Origin: Squalus acanthias
Taxonomy: Eukaryota
Assembly (NCBI GenBank): GCA_030390025.1
Contig: CM059437.1
Span: 54,498,001-54,562,000, forward strand
Reading direction: 5' to 3'
Length of the DNA: 64,000 nt
Below are positions 59,263 to 64,000 of this stretch, in pieces; within the stretch, counting starts at the first letter, position 1; each line of letters opens with the position of its first letter. Under the pieces are notes generated by a model. It had not been told where the DNA came from. It searched no databases and saw nothing but the letters and a program-made list of their open reading frames with translations. The translations under genes and the position numbers were made by a program.

Positions 59263-60629
59263 TTTCAAATAAAACTGTTGGACTATAACCTGGTGTTGTG
59301 CGACCTCTCAATTTTGTCCACCCCAGTCCAACACCGGCATCTCCGCATCATGACCACTATTTCGAAGAGCAGGGGAGTTATCCCCGGTGTCCTGGTGGAT
59401 ATTTATCTCCCAATCAACATCACAAAAACAGATTATCTTGTCACTATAATATTGCTGTTTGTGGCAGCTTGCTGTGCGCAAATTGGTTGCCGCGTTTTCT
59501 ACAATACAACAGTGACTACACTTCAAAAGTACTTCATTGGCTGTAAAGCGCTTTAGGACGTCCTGAGGTCGTGAAAGGCGCTATATAAATGCATTTTTTG
59601 AAGCATTGAATCAAGTAACTTTTTCATTGTCGAGTTGAAGGGCGCAGAAGACAGCAAGATGTAAAGATTTAATCATCGCAATGGGAGAGCACTGACGGTG
59701 ACGAGTTCAGATAACGTCTCATAAGTATACGTCTGCTGCTCTTTCTATACATAGGCCTAAATCATCCCGTTTTTCGGCTATTCTGTACACGCACCACTGA
59801 AGAGGAGGGAATCATCGAAATTTCACAAGACAATTGACAATAATTTATGACAAAAATCGATAAAACTACTCTAGCAAATAGTTTTCTACTTTTCCTGTTT
59901 TAAGCACACTTTTTAGTGTGAAATGTCTTGGCGATGAGTTAATCCCTGCTCTGCAATTGAAAAACATTGGCCCCGCTGGTGATCGGGAGAGTGTAGGATG
60001 GTGTATAATATAGGCTAACAGATTAGTATGTTAATGGCTTTTATGCAATAGTTAGCATAGAGAGCTACAGAAAAGGAGGAAATGTAGAAACCGCAGGGTT
60101 ACATTGGTGTAATTCGGCAGAAGGTTTAGAATATCCGTCGTGAAATTATGAAAAATACTTCAGAAGTCAGTACTAATATCTGTCTGTTATAAATGTATTC
60201 TGCGAGATGGAGCCTAATACATGGTTCAGATTAGTTTGTTAGGATTCTTTAGGCTAAGCTAATCAGCCGAAGGTGTCAGTTAGAGGCAATTGCGGAAGCA
60301 TCAAAGTGTTTATGTAACGAATTATAGCTAGTTTCAAGACAAGTTGCCTTGTTTAAGTTGTTATTATTCTGGTAACCTTTATAACCGCAAAATTGATTTT
60401 TCAGTACTGATTAGAAATGTATTTCACAGTCCAGTGAGTATGAAGCATATGTGGTGCAACATTGTCACCTACTGGCGTACTAGCATATGGCACACACGAA
60501 TCAAATAACAGTAGATTTGAATTAATGGCACAGGCCACCTGTTATACGCTTCGCTTGATATTCAGTTCTTTGAAGGCAGTGGAACTGAATATCATGGCAC
60601 ATTATGATTTTGAATTCAGTTAATTAAAA

Positions 60630-61590
60630 ATAACTGGAATAAAAAGCTAGTGTCAGTAATGGTGACCATGAAACTACTGGATTGTCATAAATACTCAACT
60701 GATTCACTTACGTCCTTTAGGGAAGGAAATCTGACGTCCTTACCCGGTCTGGCCTATATGTGACTCCAGACCAACAGCAACGTGGTTGACTATTTATTGC
60801 CCTCTAAAATGGCCTAGCAAGCCACTCAGTTGCATCAAACTGCTAAAAAAAAAGAGTATAATAGCAAAACTAGATGGAACACCCAGCATGGACCTAGGCA
60901 TCGGATTCGGACACGACAAAGGCACACCCAGCCCAGTCGATTCTGCAAAGTCCTCCTCACTAACATCCGAGGATTTGTGCCAAAATTGGGAGAGCTGCCC
61001 CACAGACCAGTCAAGCAACAGCCTGGCATAGTCATACTCACAAAATCATAACTTTCAGCCAACGTCCCAGTCTCCTCCATCACCATCGATAGGACAGACC
61101 CAACAGAGGTGGCGGCACAGTGGTATACAGTCGGGAGTGTGTGGCCCTGGGAGCCCTCAACATTGACTCCGGACTCCATGAAGTCTCATGGCATCAGGTC
61201 AAACATGGGCAAGGAAACCTCCTGCTGATTCTCACCTACCACCCTCCCTCAGCTGATGAATCAGTTCTCCTCCATGCTGAGCACCTCCTAAACCCCCGAC
61301 CTCTACCAGCTAGGCAGACACGGGCATCAGGCGCATGGGAACATCATCACCTGCAAGTTCCCATTCAAGTTACACATCATCCTGACTTGGAAATATATCG
61401 CCGTTCCTTCACCATCGCTGTGTCAAAATCCTGGAACTCTCTCCCTAACAGCACTGTGGGGGTAACTTCACCACATGGACTGCAGCGGTTCAAGAAGGGG
61501 GTCACCACCACTGTCTCAATGGCAATTAGGGATGTGCAATAAATGTTGGATTTGCCAGCGACGCCCACATCCCGTGAATGAATAAATGTA
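60630..61590 (+). mobile_element. Internally deleted copy of the 47388-51455 LINE family
   Basis: 5' UTR and endonuclease start (to about 61283) joined directly to the 3' terminal part. Confidence 0.75.
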
Positions 61591-62619
61591 GAAAACGACA
61601 TCTATTGCAATTATTACTTGCAGCTGGTGCAATCGTATAGTTACTGTGGAGACCATGGCTTAATGACTAGTGGAATTATAGCACGGTAGTGGTTTCCGTT
61701 GAGTTTGGAGACAGTGGAAGAGAACTTTGCACAACGCTCACTCAAGCTCACTCCGAGAATACCTAACGAATGTAACATTTCTTTCAAGGGAATTAGAAGC
61801 GGTTTCACATCAAGCTGATCGCTTCATGTTGTTATCCTCTTATGAACAATTCACGACAGCGGGACTATAGGTCTTTCTGTAAACCAAAGTGAAAAACCTG
61901 CGTGATATTCATAGAATGAAAAGCTGTCAGAATTGTACAGTCCATGAGGCCAATGAGCCCATCGCACCTAATCCGACTCTCTGAAAGCGCTTAGTTCATT
62001 CCCCGTAACGTTGTTTTTCATTCTCATTTTTCGTAAATATTTATCAATTTCTCTTTTAAAAACACTTACGGACTCAGCTAGCGCCGCTGTTCCCGGTAAG
62101 GCATTCGATGTGCTACAACAATCCCCAGTACCCGCGCACCAGCAAAGAGAAAACCGGGCGAAGTTACTGCTTCTGATCGTCATTCTCCGCTGGAAGTACC
62201 CGTGAGCGGATCGACCGTGAGAATAAGATCACATTCGGCTTTGACTTCCCTTCACAACGGTGGGGAAGCCCGTTTGGTCTCAGGAAGGAATCCTGACCAC
62301 TGTGACACGGTACAGAAAAGAGTCTGCATGTCCATTGGAGCAGAGGGTGTTGGAAAAAAAAGATGGGGAAATGAAAATAATGAACAGCTGGCCGCAAGAA
62401 AATACCGAGCAGCAGTGGTGAAGCAAAACGGAACAAAAACCGGAGAATGAAAAATTGACAAGTATGAAATGGAAAGACAACTTTAGAAAATATGCGTTCA
62501 CAAGTCCAGGCTGGAAGGAAGCAAACCCTTTCCAATGAATAGATAAATGTATTGTTACCTGTTAATTACCTTAACACAGACACATTAAGAAACTAGTCAT
62601 GAGCACAAGTGAGCCTCCT

Positions 62620-63000
62620 TAAGAACATAAGAACATAAAAAATAGGAGCAGGAGGAGACCATACGGCCCTTCGAGCCTGCTCCGCCATTCAATAAGATCA
62701 TGGCTGATCATCGACCTCAACTCCACTTTCCCGCCCGGTCTCCATATCCCTTGATTCTCCTAGAGTCCAAAAATCTTTCAATCTCAGCCTTGAATATACT
62801 CTAAGACTTAGCATTCACAGACTTCTGGAGCAGAGAATTCCAAAGATTCACAAACCTCTGAGTGAAGAAATTTCTCCTCATCTCAGTCTTAAGTGGCCTA
62901 CCCCTTATCCTGAGACTATACCCCCTAGTTCTAGACACTCCAACCAGTGGAAACAACCTCTCAGCATCTACCCTGTCAATCCCCCTCAGAATCTTGTATT
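62620..63000 (-). mobile_element. CR1 3' fragment
   Basis: (taagaaca)n tail and reverse-complement CR1 3' end; similar fragments at 25948-26195 and 63560-64000. Confidence 0.8.
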
Positions 63001-64000
63001 AACTCAAGGTTCAACTAGACTGCAAGTTTGAAACTGCTGAGAGAAAGACCGATCAAGGGTAGCCAAGACCATTGGCTTAGAGGAGTGACTCATTCAAATT
63101 ATGTTCGGAAAGTTTGTACTGGGGGATCACATTGCAATATTTCATTCATTTTTCTGCAACTACCACAAAGCAGTCGCCTTGTTGATAACTAAATTCAAAA
63201 TTTGTAATGGTACGTAAACTACAGTGACTCACGAGGGTAGGAATTCCTCTGGTCGCTGTGTAATGCGATATCCTAAATGTTTGTGAAGAGTTCCTAGCAT
63301 TTGCCAGGTGAAATTATAACGGAGTGATTATTTGCACCAACATTTTTGAGGTCTTCTGCGCATGTGCGCTGTTGACTGAGGCCGCGCACGAGCCTCCTCC
63401 AACTCCAATTACATCTTTCCCCCATGTCCATCTATTTCCTTCCCCCTCCCATATGCAACAAGCCTCCGCCTAAACATGTCAATGCTCTCTGCTTCATCCA
63501 CTCCACGTGGCAATGAATGCTACATTCTCACCACTCTCTGTGTAAAGAAAATTCTCCTAATAGGAACACAGGAACGGAAGTATGTCATTCTGCCTCTTCT
63601 ACCTGTGCTGCCATTCAATGAGATCATGGCTGATCTGTACCTCAACTCCTTTTACCCGCCTTTCTACCATACTGTTTGATACCCTTACCTCACAAAAATC
63701 TATCGATCTTAGTCTTGAACATTTCAATTGACCCAGCATCCACAGCCTTTTGGTGGAACGAGTTTGAGACTTCTACTACACTTTTTGTGAAAAAATGTGT
63801 CCTGGTTTGAATGTTTTATGGCCTAGCTCTAATTCTAAGATTATGCCCTCTTGCTCTGGATTCCCCCAAGAGAGGAAATAGTTTATCTGTGCCTACCATA
63901 TCAAAACCCTTAATCATTTCCAATGCCTCGATTGGATCACCCCTGAACCTTCTAAATTCAAGAGATTAGAAGCATAATTTAACCCTTTTGGACCAGGTGT

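Larger units (their letters stand above)
59155..59354. mobile_element. 200-bp palindromic insertion with a hammerhead in each arm (Penelope pLTR-like)
   Basis: Perfect 56-bp arms 59155-59210 and 59220-59275; 11-bp TSD CACTATTTCGA at 59144-59154 and 59355-59365. Confidence 0.9.
59000..59595 (+). mobile_element. Deu-domain SINE (AmnSINE1/SacSINE1-like), split by an insertion
   Basis: gtactgagggagtgctgcactgtcggagg...gatgagacgttaaacc...aaagatccc...ggcactatttcgaagagcagggg resembles the Deu domain as I recall it; ends ggcgctatataaatgca. Confidence 0.7.

Noticed and set aside
59796-59830. CTGAAGA...GAAA hammerhead-like core
   Set aside because: Stem II pairs poorly and there is no complementary stem I.

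Overview
Eukaryotic, repeat-rich DNA from a cartilaginous fish (shark-like) immunoglobulin light-chain locus in cluster organisation. It holds three lambda-like (type II/NS3-type) light-chain units. Unit 1 is a C exon at 537-859 (+) whose V lies upstream of the window. Unit 2 is a complete leader/VJ/C gene at 31253-35078 (+) with a frameshift near CDR2. Unit 3 is an intact leader/VJ/C gene at 54102-58218 (-). Both visible V exons are germline-joined to J (no RSS) and have octamer promoters. Bases 1-8258 are a diverged duplicate of 34201-43570. The rest is layered transposable elements: CR1, L2, RTE and other LINEs, Penelope-like elements, a PIF/Harbinger transposon with MITEs, a 9.3-kb LTR element, a solo LTR and Deu-type SINEs. 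The most striking features not shown by the ORF track are at least seven minimal hammerhead-ribozyme motifs. Four sit in two short TSD-flanked palindromic insertions carrying one hammerhead per arm, and there is one extra orphan candidate in the J-C intron. There is also evidence for gene conversion of C exons, and a 16-bp promoter motif at a fixed 41-bp distance from the octamer. All coordinates and mismatch counts were read by eye; repeat boundaries without a TSD are approximate.
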